DNA of 64,000 nt from Thermoanaerobaculia bacterium (lineage in GTDB: Bacteria; Acidobacteriota; Thermoanaerobaculia; UBA5066; Gp7-AA6): the NCBI GenBank assembly GCA_036395755.1, contig DASWCZ010000079.1, positions 6,363 through 70,362 of the forward strand. The letters are read 5' to 3'. The position numbers and the translations under genes are program-made. The notes under the pieces were generated by a model, which made no database searches, was not told where the DNA came from, and worked only from the letters and a program-made list of their open reading frames with translations. Positions 52,539 to 62,868 of the stretch are shown here, piece by piece (position 1 is the first letter of the stretch; each line of letters begins with the position of its first letter).

Positions 52539-54161
52539 ATGGATTCTAGTGTGCGGTCTCTGCACGGGAACGGGGGGCGCGCCCTCGTGCTCGTCCTGGG
52601 CATTCTGTTTTCCGCGGGCATCGGGATCGCCCCGGCGTCCGCGGAGGCCCCCCCGCGCATCCGATACATCCGCATCGAGACGGAGAACGTCTTCCAGGAC
52701 GCGGAGTCTTCCTTTCTGGCCCGGGCCGCCGACGCCATCCACGGCGTCACACGGGCCGAGGTCGTCCGTCGCGAGCTGCTCTTCGCCGAGGGCGACGCGC
52801 TCGATCCGACCAAGCTCGCCGAGACCGAGAGGAACCTGCGCGCGCTCGGGCTCTTTCGGACCGTGACCATTACCTCCCAGCCGGTCGGTGAAGGGGAGGT
52901 CGACGTTCTGGTCCGAGCGCGCGACTCCTGGACCACGGAGGTCTCCGGGTCTCTCGGCCGGGCGGGCGGCAAGGTGCATTACGGCGTCTCGCTCGTGGAG
53001 AAGAACCTCTTCGGACAGGGCAAGAAAGTGTCGCTCGGGGCGGACGAACGGCCCGAGCGGTCGACGCGCGAGGTCCTCTACTCCGATCCGCAGTTCCTCG
53101 GAAGGCGCCTGTCACTCGACCTGCTCTACGACCACAACAGCGACGGCGACCGGCGCCTCTTCGATTTCACGAGCGGTTTCCGCTCCCTCGATTCCCCGGC
53201 GGGAGAGACGCTCCTGTACGACCAGGGGAGACAGCAGACCCGGCTCTACGCGGAAGGCAGCGAAATTGCGCGCTTCGCGATGCGCACCCGATCTTACGAG
53301 CTGTCGGGAGGGCAGAGGCTCTCGGCCGAAGGCGACCGACCCGTCGCGCGGCTTTTCGCCGGCTACCGCCGCGAGGAGGTGACGTTCGGACCGGTCCTTC
53401 GCGAACCCGAAGGTTTCGTCCTTCCGGACGAGCGCCGCTTCGGTTATTTCTTTGCGAGGCTCGAGCTCGCGCGACCGGTTTTTTCGGTCCAGCACGACGT
53501 GGAGTTCTTTCTGCGCGACGAGGACTTCGACCTGGGAGAAGCGCTCTCCTTCGAGCTCGGCTATTCCCCCCAGGTCTGGCGCGCGCAGGAGGCGGTCCGG
53601 GCGGCCCTCCAGTGGTCGCACGGGCTCGTCTTCCCGCGAGGATTCCTGGTCGGCTCTCTCACCGCGGCGACCCGCGCCCGTGGAGGCTCTTTCGAGAACA
53701 CGCTCGCCGAAGGACAGGTCTTCGGCGTCTGGCGCCCGGACGAGCGCTCGGCCCAGACGTTCGCCGGGCGAGTCCTTCTCTCGTGGGGAGAGCGCCTCGA
53801 CAAAGAAGTCCAGCTCGAGGCCGACGGCGCGAACGGTTTGCGCGCCTACCGGCTCCACGCTTTCGCCGGCGACCGGCGCCTGATCGTCAACCTGGAAGAC
53901 CGCATCCGGTTGACGCCCGAGCTCCTCCATCTGATCGTGCTGGGCGCGGCGGCTTTCGTGGATGCGGGCTATGCATGGCCTCCCGGAAGCCCCATGCGCC
54001 TCTCCGATCTACGCGCCGACGCCGGCGTGGGATTGCGCGTAGGCCTGCCGCGCGCGTCGAGGCACGCGCTCGTCCGCTTCGACCTCGCCTACGCCTTGCG
54101 GCCGGACCTGAAGGGCCGCCGCGGCTGGCTCGTCTCCTTCTCGAGCTCGCAGGCCTTTTGA
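52539..54161 (+). CDS. Omp85/BamA/TamA-family outer-membrane protein (signal peptide, POTRA-like N-terminus, C-terminal beta-barrel ending in Phe)
   Basis: Architecture and the terminal ...WLVSFSSSQAF. Confidence 0.6.
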   Translation: MDSSVRSLHGNGGRALVLVLGILFSAGIGIAPASAEAPPRIRYIRIETENVFQDAESSFLARAADAIHGVTRAEVVRRELLFAEGDALDPTKLAETERNLRALGLFRTVTITSQPVGEGEVDVLVRARDSWTTEVSGSLGRAGGKVHYGVSLVEKNLFGQGKKVSLGADERPERSTREVLYSDPQFLGRRLSLDLLYDHNSDGDRRLFDFTSGFRSLDSPAGETLLYDQGRQQTRLYAEGSEIARFAMRTRSYELSGGQRLSAEGDRPVARLFAGYRREEVTFGPVLREPEGFVLPDERRFGYFFARLELARPVFSVQHDVEFFLRDEDFDLGEALSFELGYSPQVWRAQEAVRAALQWSHGLVFPRGFLVGSLTAATRARGGSFENTLAEGQVFGVWRPDERSAQTFAGRVLLSWGERLDKEVQLEADGANGLRAYRLHAFAGDRRLIVNLEDRIRLTPELLHLIVLGAAAFVDAGYAWPPGSPMRLSDLRADAGVGLRVGLPRASRHALVRFDLAYALRPDLKGRRGWLVSFSSSQAF

Positions 54162-54167
54162 AGAGGT

Positions 54168-54248
54168 TGCGGGGACAGGCCCCCTGCGGGCCTGCACCCG
54201 CCGCGGTCCAACGGGGACAGGCCCTGCGGGCCTGCACCCGCCGCAGTC
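54168..54248 (+). repeat. Two tandem REP-like palindromic elements (54168-54204 and 54213-54248)
   Basis: gcggggacaggccccctgcgggcctgcacccgccgc ggtccaac ggggacaggccctgcgggcctgcacccgccgc. Confidence 0.65.
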
Positions 54249-54284
54249 CACTGCGGCGCTTCCCGCCATAAGATTTTCCTCACC

Positions 54285-56894
54285 GTGACACTCCCCACCG
54301 GGTTCCGGCTGGGCCCCTACGAGATCCTCGCTCCGCTCGGTTCGGGCGGAATGGGCGAGGTCTATCGCGCTCGCGACGCCCGGCTCGGCCGCGAGGTCGC
54401 GTTGAAGGTGCTCCCCGAGGATCTCTCGCAGGACCAGGACCGGCTCTCGCGCTTCGAGAAGGAGGCTCGGTCGGCGTCCGCGTTGAATCACCCCAACATC
54501 GTCACGATCTACGAAGTCGGTTCTCACGATTCGAACTCCTACATCGCGATGGAGCTGGTCGAGGGAAAGACGCTGCGAGAGCTCCTGTTGCCGGGTCTTC
54601 TTCCGGTGAAGCGGGCCATCCCGATTGCAACGCAGGTGGCCGAGGGCCTTGCGAGAGCGCACGAAGCGGGAATCGTTCACAGGGACTTGAAGCCCGAGAA
54701 CCTGATGGTCACCCGGGACGGCCTGGTCAAGATCCTCGACTTCGGGCTGGCCAAACTGATTTCCACGGGCGAAGGGAGCAGCGAAGTCACGAGTCTTCCG
54801 ACCGAGACGGGGACGCAGGCGGGGGTCATTCTCGGAACGGTCGGCTACATGTCGCCGGAACAGGCGAGCGGCCAGCCTGCCGACCATCGCTCCGACCAGT
54901 TCTCCTTCGGTTCGATCCTCTATGAGATCGCGTGCGGCCGGAGGGCATTTCAGAAGAAGACGACGGCGGAGACCTTGACGGCCATCATCCGGGACGAGCC
55001 GGAGCCGATCGGGAAAGTTCGACCGGAAGTCCCGTCGCCGCTCCGCTGGATCGTGGAGCGGTGTCTCGCGAAGGATCCGGAGGAACGTTACGTCTCGACC
55101 CGCGACCTCGCTCGCGACCTCGCGAGCGTTCGCGACCACGTCTCGGAGATCACGAGTGCGCCGGAGCAGGCGTTTTCTTTGGGACCGAGACCCCTTCGCC
55201 GGCTCCGGCGGTCCACGGTTCTCGCGTCGGCTCTTCTTCTGCTCCTCGTCGGTGGCGTCGCCGGATGGCTCGTCGCTTCGAATAGGATACTCAGGACCTC
55301 CGCGCCCACCTTCCAGCGCCTGACGTTCCGCTCCGCCGCGCTGGAGAACGCCCGCTTCACGCCGGACGGGCAGACGATTGTCTACGGCGCAGCGCTCGCG
55401 GGCGAGCCGCGAGGGTTGTATGCCGTTCGTCCGGAGAGTCCCGAATCGCGCTCGTTCGGCATGGACGCGGACATTCTGGCGATTTCCCGCTCCGGCGAAA
55501 TGGCACTTCTGATAAATGAAGTCGGCCCCTTCGGAACCCTGGCCCGCGTCCCGTTCGCCGGCGGAGCCCCGCGGCCGGCGATCGAGCACGTCACTTACGC
55601 CGGAGCCGATTTTTCGCCCGGCGGCGAGGAGCTCGCGATCGTTCGGGGCGTGGGCGAGCGGGTTCGGCTCGAGTTCCCCATCGGGAAAGTCCTGTACGAA
55701 GGGCAGCAGATCGGGTCGCCGCGGTTCTCCCCGGGAGGCGACCAGATCGCGTTCTTCGATTACGACGGCGGTTCGGTGATGGTCGTCGGGAGAGCCGGTG
55801 GGCCCCCGCGCGTGCTCGTCAGGGGGTTCAACCTGCCGGGCGGCGCTCCCTGCTGGTCTCTCAACGGGAAGGAGGTGTGGTTCACCGGATCGACCGAGCC
55901 GGGAAAACCGAGCGGGCTCCACGCCGTCGATCGGCGGGGAAAGCTGCGGCTGGTGGCTCAAATGCCGGGCGAGCTCGAGCTCGACGACATCTCGCGCGAC
56001 GGCCACGTGCTTCTCGCTCATCACTCGATCATCAACGGGCTGTGGGGTTCCGGCCCCGGCGATTCCGCCGAACGTGACCTGACTTGGCTTGACTGGCCCG
56101 AGCCTTTCGATCTCACTTCCGACGGGAAGGCGGTCCTGTTCAACGAGATCGGCGAAGGCGGAGGGCGAAAGGGATCCGTTTACCTCCGCAGGACGGACGG
56201 GTCTCCTGCAGTCCGATTGGGCGAGGGCCGTGGCCTCGCGCGGTCGGCCGACGGGAGCACCGTGCTGGTCAAGTTCCCCGATGCGGCGGAAGGACTTCGT
56301 CTCGTCCCGACGGGCACGGGAGAACCCCGCGCCCTGCCCTCCATCCGGTTCGAAGAAATCTCCAACGCGGTCTGGCTGCCCGACGGGAAATCGTTCCTCC
56401 TATCCGCGCGCGAGCCCGGGAAAAACTGGCGGATCCACAGGGTCGACCTGGCGGACGGAAAGCCGCGTCCGGTGAGCCCGGAGGGTGTCGCCATTCCCTA
56501 TTTCGTCACGAAAGCACTCTCCCCGGACGGGCACTGGCTGCTCGCCGCGCAGCGACCGGGCAATTTCGTTCGGTACCCGCTCGATGGCGGAACGTCGCGT
56601 CCGATCGCGGGCCTCATGGAGCGGGAAGTCCCGATCGGCTGGACGTCGGACGGCCGGACGATCTTCGTCTCCGAGGGTCTCATGGTCCCGATCGCGATCC
56701 GGGCGGTGCACCCGGTCAAAACGATCCGGCACCTGGATCCGGATACCGGCCGAAGAGGCGTCGTCAAGGAGATCCGGCCGGTGGACGCGGCCGGCAACGT
56801 GAACCGTATCGTCGTGGCCCCCGACGGTCGGGCTCTCGCGTACGCCCTGCGGCGAGGCAACTCGCAGCTCTACGTCGTCGAGGGACTCCGCTGA
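54285..56894 (+). CDS. Ser/Thr protein kinase with a TM segment and a C-terminal TolB-like PD40 beta-propeller sensor domain
   Basis: GSGGMGEVYRA...ALK, HRDLKPEN, DFGLAK, GTVGYMSPEQ; then a TM segment and PD40-type repeats. Confidence 0.8.
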   Translation: MTLPTGFRLGPYEILAPLGSGGMGEVYRARDARLGREVALKVLPEDLSQDQDRLSRFEKEARSASALNHPNIVTIYEVGSHDSNSYIAMELVEGKTLRELLLPGLLPVKRAIPIATQVAEGLARAHEAGIVHRDLKPENLMVTRDGLVKILDFGLAKLISTGEGSSEVTSLPTETGTQAGVILGTVGYMSPEQASGQPADHRSDQFSFGSILYEIACGRRAFQKKTTAETLTAIIRDEPEPIGKVRPEVPSPLRWIVERCLAKDPEERYVSTRDLARDLASVRDHVSEITSAPEQAFSLGPRPLRRLRRSTVLASALLLLLVGGVAGWLVASNRILRTSAPTFQRLTFRSAALENARFTPDGQTIVYGAALAGEPRGLYAVRPESPESRSFGMDADILAISRSGEMALLINEVGPFGTLARVPFAGGAPRPAIEHVTYAGADFSPGGEELAIVRGVGERVRLEFPIGKVLYEGQQIGSPRFSPGGDQIAFFDYDGGSVMVVGRAGGPPRVLVRGFNLPGGAPCWSLNGKEVWFTGSTEPGKPSGLHAVDRRGKLRLVAQMPGELELDDISRDGHVLLAHHSIINGLWGSGPGDSAERDLTWLDWPEPFDLTSDGKAVLFNEIGEGGGRKGSVYLRRTDGSPAVRLGEGRGLARSADGSTVLVKFPDAAEGLRLVPTGTGEPRALPSIRFEEISNAVWLPDGKSFLLSAREPGKNWRIHRVDLADGKPRPVSPEGVAIPYFVTKALSPDGHWLLAAQRPGNFVRYPLDGGTSRPIAGLMEREVPIGWTSDGRTIFVSEGLMVPIAIRAVHPVKTIRHLDPDTGRRGVVKEIRPVDAAGNVNRIVVAPDGRALAYALRRGNSQLYVVEGLR

Positions 56895-56928
56895 TTCGAT
56901 ACGATCCTGATTCTTCACGGAGGACGAA

Positions 56929-58323
56929 ATGACGATCAGTCGCCGTTCGCTTCTCGCAACGACCGGCGCGGCCGCAGCGGGCTCTCTCCTCGCGCGGACC
57001 GCCGCTGCGCAGACCGGGGTCGACGGCTCGAAGTCCGCGGCGCTCTTCCTCAAGGAGGACGACGGCCTCGCGCCCGCCACGGTCGACCGGCTGCCGCTTG
57101 AGTGGCACAAGGGCCGCGTCAAGCTCCTGCAGGAGTATCTCCAGGACCAGGGCTACGCGGGCGCGCTCCTGTCGGACCGCTGGAACATCATCTACTTCAC
57201 GGGTCTCTTTCACTCGACGACCGAGCGCCCGTTCTCGGTCTTCCTCCCCGCGGACAAGATGGCCGCGATCTGGTTCCATCCGGGCCTCGATCGCGACCTC
57301 GTCAAGAGCTGGTGGGCCACGGAAACCGAGTCCTACTTCGACTTTCAGCACGCCGAAGGCGCGTTCCCGAACCTCGGCAAGGTTCAACAGGGAGAAAAAG
57401 TCAATCTCTACGAGTGGGTCTTGAAGGGGCTGAAGAAACGGGGCTACGACGGAAAGCGGATCGCGACCGATCGCGAGCAGAACAGCCGGCAGAAGGAGTC
57501 GGCCGCGAAGATCTTCACCAAGCCGACCGAGTTCAACTCGATTTCCGAACGCTGCGAAAAGATGCGCATGGTCAAGACGCCCGAGGAGCTCGCGCTGTGG
57601 CGCCGCGCGTACCGCGTCTTCGATGAAACGCACGCGTTCGCCCGCGATCTGCTGCTCGCGAAGGGCACGGACCTGACCGACTACGAGCTCGGCCACGCGG
57701 CCGAGGAGTTCGGGACCAACCTCCTGATGAAAGGAATCCGGCGGGACGGGACGCCGCACACCGCGGTCGGCATCGAGTTGGGCGTCGGGGTCCGCGTGGG
57801 CCGGGGGACCGGTTACCCCCACCCGAACCAGTTCCACCACAACCGAATCCAGAAAGGGCAGGCTCTGCAGATCGCGGGCGGCGTCGAGATCGGCGGATGC
57901 GGTGGCGAGCTGTATCGCGCTTTCCTCCTCCATCCGTGGACCGACCACCAGAAGAAGGTCTGGACCGTCTCGCGCGACTGCTGCCTCATGCAGAAAGACC
58001 TCTCGCGCGAGGGGATCGCCTGCTCGACGGTCGCGTATCAGATCCACCAGTTCCAGGTGAAGGAAGGGATGCAGAAGTACATCTACCACCGCCCCGCGCA
58101 CGGCATGGGCATGGAGGGGCATCAGCCGCCGTATCTCGCGCTCGGCGACTACACGATGCTCGAGCCGGGGATGATCTTTTCCGTCGAGCCGGGTCTCTAC
58201 GACCCGGAGAACGGGTTCGGCGTGAACTTCAGCGACGGCTTTGCCGTTGCCACGGCCGGCAAGCCCTCGCTCCAGATGTCGCGGCTGCCGTGGTCCGAGG
58301 AGTGGTGCCTGGTCAAGTTGTAG
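56929..58323 (+). CDS. M24-family metallopeptidase (Xaa-Pro aminopeptidase/creatinase fold) with a twin-arginine signal peptide
   Basis: MTISRRSLLATTGAAAAGSLLARTAAAQ Tat signal. Pita-bread fold metal ligands (D, D, H, E, E) within a 464 aa protein. Confidence 0.7.
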   Translation: MTISRRSLLATTGAAAAGSLLARTAAAQTGVDGSKSAALFLKEDDGLAPATVDRLPLEWHKGRVKLLQEYLQDQGYAGALLSDRWNIIYFTGLFHSTTERPFSVFLPADKMAAIWFHPGLDRDLVKSWWATETESYFDFQHAEGAFPNLGKVQQGEKVNLYEWVLKGLKKRGYDGKRIATDREQNSRQKESAAKIFTKPTEFNSISERCEKMRMVKTPEELALWRRAYRVFDETHAFARDLLLAKGTDLTDYELGHAAEEFGTNLLMKGIRRDGTPHTAVGIELGVGVRVGRGTGYPHPNQFHHNRIQKGQALQIAGGVEIGGCGGELYRAFLLHPWTDHQKKVWTVSRDCCLMQKDLSREGIACSTVAYQIHQFQVKEGMQKYIYHRPAHGMGMEGHQPPYLALGDYTMLEPGMIFSVEPGLYDPENGFGVNFSDGFAVATAGKPSLQMSRLPWSEEWCLVKL

Positions 58324-58325
58324 CG

Positions 58326-60673
58326 TGACGCTTTTCCCCGGCACTCGCCTCGGTCCCTACGAGATCGTCGCCCCTCTCGGCGCCGGAGGCATGGGCGAGG
58401 TCTACCGCGCGCGCGATCGCCGTCTCGATCGCGACGTCGCGATCAAGGTCCTTCCCGACCGGTTGGCGGCGGATCCGCAGGCCCTCTCGCGGTTCGAGCG
58501 GGAGGCGAAGGCCGTTGCGGCACTCTCACACCCGAACATCCTCGCGATCCATGACCTCGGGAGCGAGGGTGACGTCCGCTATGCGGTCATGGAGCTCTTG
58601 GACGGACGCACGCTTCGGGACCACCTCGAGGGAGGAACGGTCACGCCGCATCGCGCGGCGGAGTACGCGATTCAGATCGCTCAAGGTCTGGCGGCCGCTC
58701 ATGAAAGAGGGATCCTCCATCGGGATCTCAAGCCCGAGAACCTCTTCGTCACGCGCGACGGGCACGTGAAGATCCTCGACTTCGGCCTCGCTAAGGCGGT
58801 CGCGCCCGGCGCCGATGGCACCGGAGCGTTGACGGCATCGGAGGGCACTGAGCCCGGCACGATACTCGGCACGATCGGATACATGTCGCCCGAGCAGGTC
58901 CGCGGGCAGAGCGTCGACGGCCGATCGGACATCTTTTCGTTCGGCGCGGTCTTCTTCGAGATGCTGGCGGGCCGCCGCGCCTTCCGCGCGGAATCCGCGG
59001 TCGAGACGATGAACGCGATCCTCACGGAGGAGCCCGACTTCTCGGGAGCCGGAAAGAGCGTGCCCGCCGGGCTCGAGCGCGTCGCGCGGCGTTGCCTCGA
59101 GAAGGATCCCGCGCACCGCTTTCAGAACGCCCGGGACCTGGGCTTCGCGATCGAGGCGGTCTGGGGCTTGAGCGCTGCAGAGGCGGCGCCGCTGGCGGCC
59201 GCAGAACCGACCGCCGGAAGGCGGTCCATCGCCGTACTCCTGTTCAAGGACCTCGCACGGAATTCGGAGAACGCCCACCTCGGGCTGGGACTGGCCGATG
59301 CGACGATCACCGAACTCGCGACCGTCAAGTCGCTCCTCGTGCGGCCCACCGCCGCGATCCTGCGCTATCAGGACAGAACCGTCGACCCGCAGCAGGCGGG
59401 GCGGGAACTGGCAGTCGACGCGGTGGTCGACGGGAGCTTTCAGCGCGCGGGGTCGCGGCTCCGGGTCACGGTGCAGCTCGTCCGGACCTCCGACGGCCGA
59501 TCGCTGTGGGGCTCGAAGATCGATACGACGCTCGATGACATCTTCGAGATGCAGGATCAGGTCTCGCGAAAGATCGCGGAGGCTCTGCAGGTCGAGCTGA
59601 CTCCTTCCGAAGAGCGTCGCCTCGCTCGGTCGGCGCGCCCCGCAGGGGGAGCTTACGAGCTTTACATGAAAGGGAGGCTTCACCTTTCCCGCGAGACGAT
59701 CGACGACGTCAACGCGGCGATCGAATCTTTCGAGAAGGCCGCGGAGGCCGACCCGCGCTTCGCGCTCGCCTGGGCGGGTCTCTCCGCCGCTTTTGCCAGG
59801 ATGGGTTTCAGCTTCGACCCGGAGGGTGACTGGTGGGATCGCGCCCACGCGATGTGCGAGAAGGCGCTCGCTTTGGAGCCGGGCCTGCCGGAAGCACGGT
59901 ACACCCGCGCGATCCTGCTCTGGAGCCCGGTCCGCGGATTCGACGTCGCCGGAGCGCTGCCCCAGTTCGCCGCCGCGATCGCCGGCCGCCCCAGCCTCGG
60001 GGATGCGCACGAGCGCCTCGCGGTCATGCTCGTCCACATCTCGATGTTCGAAGAGGGAGCGCGGCACTTCGGGCGCGCTCTCGAAATCAATCCGAACGAC
60101 ATGATGGCCCAGACCCATCTCGCTCTCTGCCGTTACTATCAGGGCCGCTACCGCGAGTCGCTCGACTCGTCGCAGCTCGCGATTCGCGAGGCGGCTTCGG
60201 CCTGGGGCACGTACCACTTGGCGCTCTGCCAGCTGCGTCTGGGCCTGCTAGCGGAGGCGGAGCAGACGGCCGAGCTCGGCGCCCGCCGCTTTCCGGGCGA
60301 CGTTCTCGTATTCGGCGTCCGCGGACTCGTCGCCGCGTCTCGAGGCGAGGCCGCGCGCGCCCGCGATCAGATACAACTCACGATCCAGCACCGTCGTTCG
60401 TTCGGTCATTACCACCATGCGCAGTACGACGTCGCCTGCATTTATGCGCAGCTCGGCGAGAGAGAGCAGGCGCTCGACTGGCTGACCGACGCCGCGCGCA
60501 ATGGGTTCCCGTGCTACGGCTTTTTCGAGACCGATCCGCTCCTCGGGTCCATCCGCGGAGAGGAGCGATTCCGCGCCCTCATGTCCGAGCTCCGCGAAGA
60601 GTGTGCCGGCTATCGGCGGCTCTACGAAGAGTTGCGCCGCTCGCACAGCGGCTCGGGCGAGACCGCGGCTTAG
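58326..60673 (+). CDS. Ser/Thr protein kinase with a C-terminal TPR-repeat domain
   Basis: GTG start just after the M24 stop; GAGGMGEVYRA, HRDLKPEN, DFGLAK; C-terminal TPR-like helices. Confidence 0.8.
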
Positions 60674-60688
60674 GCGCGCCTTCGTCCT

Positions 60689-61417
60689 TCAAAAGAGAAA
60701 CTGGCCTCCGACATATCCGAGCAGCCGCGGCTTCTCCCGGGTCCGGTTTCCCAGTCCCGTCCCCGAGGCAACGAGCAGCAGGAGCCTTTCGCTGAGCCTT
60801 CCGCGCAGGCCGACGTTCAGAAGGAACTCCGACCGCCGAATGCCGAGCGGCCTCGAGCCGAACACCTCTCCGATGACTTCCACGTTCTTGGAAACCTCCC
60901 GTCCGATCGCGAGTCCGTAAATCCATTCGTCTTCCTCGCGCGGCCGGTATTCGAAGCCGATCTCGGCGTTTGCGGAGACCGGCCCGAGTTTCTTCTGCGC
61001 GGAAAGGGGGAGCAGGTACAGTCGGTCCGTCTCTCCGAGGCCACGCTTACGCGACGCCGCGGGGGCTCGGAGCCCGGCCTGGGGGTAGAGGGACAATGCG
61101 ACTCCGTGGGTATCCTCATCGAGAAACCGCCACTTGATCCCAAGGAGCAGGTTTCCCAGGCCGTTCTCGCCGTTTCCGACGAGCCACGGCGCTTCGATCT
61201 TGAGCTGGATCCGATCGCCGACTCCGTAGTTTGCGTCGATGAGTGGCACGCTGAAAGTCCGACCCGCGCGGCTGTCCTCTACGGTGAAGGCGACATTGAC
61301 CTCCCACCGCCGGTTTCCGGGCGTGCCCGGATCGTCGGTCAGCATCGGAGGACCGCCCTGCGCCAAAGCCGCCGAAGCAGGGAATGCCACCGCTCCCAAT
61401 AGAGAGGTCAGCCGCAT
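60689..61417 (-). CDS. Putative outer-membrane beta-barrel protein (signal peptide, alternating amphipathic strands, C-terminal Phe)
   Basis: MRLTSLLGAVAFPASAALAQ...YVGGQFLF. Confidence 0.5.
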   Translation of the reverse strand: MRLTSLLGAVAFPASAALAQGGPPMLTDDPGTPGNRRWEVNVAFTVEDSRAGRTFSVPLIDANYGVGDRIQLKIEAPWLVGNGENGLGNLLLGIKWRFLDEDTHGVALSLYPQAGLRAPAASRKRGLGETDRLYLLPLSAQKKLGPVSANAEIGFEYRPREEDEWIYGLAIGREVSKNVEVIGEVFGSRPLGIRRSEFLLNVGLRGRLSERLLLLVASGTGLGNRTREKPRLLGYVGGQFLF

Positions 61418-61468
61418 GGGACCGCTACCCTCTCACGGTTCGGATTCTCGGGGAACGTCGCGGGGCGG

Positions 61469-62668
61469 ATGAACGTCGGTCGCCGCCGCGCCGCCCGTTT
61501 CACGGACTACTTCGGGCTCGAGCGCAACGTCGTCGCGGTCGGCTCCGCGATGTTCCTGCTCGGCCTGGGGGAAAACCTCTGGAAGAGTTTCCTCCCGAAA
61601 TATCTCCAGGCGTTGGGCGCGCCGGTGCTCGCGATCGGGCTCTACGGGACCCTGAAGGACTTCTTGGATGGCGCGTATCAGTATCCGGGAGGGTGGATCG
61701 CGGACCGATACGGTCGGAGACGCGCTCTCCTCCTCTTCGTGGGTCTCGCGTCCGTCGGGTACCTGATCTACGCGCTCGCTCCCTCCTGGCCGTTCGTTCT
61801 CGTCGGCCTCGTGTTCAGCATGGCGTGGGTGAGCATGGCGAGCCCGACCCTCTTCGCGGTCGTGGGAGATGCGCTTCCCCGGGAGCGGCGTGCGATCGGT
61901 TTTACGGCCCAGGCCATCTTGAAGAGGCTTCCGATCGTGGTCGCGCCGACGCTCGGAGGGCTTGCGATCGCCGCTTACGGAGTGCGCACCGGCGTTCGGC
62001 TCGGCCTCGCGGTCACCGTGGCGCTCGCGCTCGCCACGTTCACCGTGGTCGCGAGAGTCCGGATCCCGCTCGTCGGGGAAGAGATCCCGACCCGGATCGG
62101 GGGCGTCTGGCGGTCCCTGCCCGGTCCGCTCAAGTGGCTCCTCTTCTCCGACATTTTCATCCGGACGTGCGAGGGCTTGGTCGACGTCTTTCTCGTCCTG
62201 TACGCGACGAACGTCGTGGGAGTGAGCGCGCCTCGCTACGGCGCGCTCATCGCCGTTCAGATGGCGACGGCGATCCTGGTCTACGTTCCCGCTTCGAAAA
62301 TCGCCGACCGCGCCGGAAGGAAGCCCTTCGTCATCACGACCTTCCTCTGTTTCGCGGCCTTCCCCGTCGCCGTCGTGCTCTCGCGGAGCTTTCCGGCGCT
62401 CGTCGCCGCGTTCGTGGTCGGGGGCCTTCGCGAAGTCGGCGAGCCCGCTCGAAAAGCCATGATCGTGGATCTCGCGCGCCCCGACATCCGGGCGCGGTCG
62501 ATCGGCCTCTACTACCTCGTCCGCAGCTCCGCCATCGCCCCGGCGGCATTCGCGGGCGGGCTCCTCTGGAAGATCGCGCCGTCCGTGCCGTTTCTGGCCG
62601 CCGGAGCGGTCGGCCTGGCGGGCACTCTTCTCTTTGCGCTGACGGTGGAGGAGCGCTACGCGGCGTGA
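61469..62668 (+). CDS. MFS transporter
   Basis: 12 predicted TM helices; GWIADRYGRRRALL motif A. Confidence 0.8.
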   Translation: MNVGRRRAARFTDYFGLERNVVAVGSAMFLLGLGENLWKSFLPKYLQALGAPVLAIGLYGTLKDFLDGAYQYPGGWIADRYGRRRALLLFVGLASVGYLIYALAPSWPFVLVGLVFSMAWVSMASPTLFAVVGDALPRERRAIGFTAQAILKRLPIVVAPTLGGLAIAAYGVRTGVRLGLAVTVALALATFTVVARVRIPLVGEEIPTRIGGVWRSLPGPLKWLLFSDIFIRTCEGLVDVFLVLYATNVVGVSAPRYGALIAVQMATAILVYVPASKIADRAGRKPFVITTFLCFAAFPVAVVLSRSFPALVAAFVVGGLREVGEPARKAMIVDLARPDIRARSIGLYYLVRSSAIAPAAFAGGLLWKIAPSVPFLAAGAVGLAGTLLFALTVEERYAA

Positions 62669-62780
62669 TCCCCGGAGCGCGACTTGCTTCGAATTGGAGC
62701 GGAGGACGGGCGTCGGAGAACTCGACCTCGAACGCAATTCGGACGAAGGCGCCGTTCTCGCCTGCGACGTCCTGCCGCCT

Positions 62781-62797
62781 GTTCACTCTCTGTTCAT
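62781..62797 (+). promoter_or_regulatory. GTTCAC-N5-GTTCAT direct repeat (same operator as 49940), 72-88 bp upstream of the 62869 ATG
   Basis: cctgttcactctctgttcatctcgg, read directly. Confidence 0.45.
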
Positions 62798-62868
62798 CTC
62801 GGCAAACGCTGTCACGCTTTTTGCTCTGGTTTCTTGTGGCCACATTCCTGTGGCCAGGAGGGTGACAA

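Noticed and set aside
54168-54248. Possible mini-CRISPR array
   Set aside because: Only two repeat copies, a 9-nt spacer, no cas genes, and the repeat is the same REP element found singly at six other loci.
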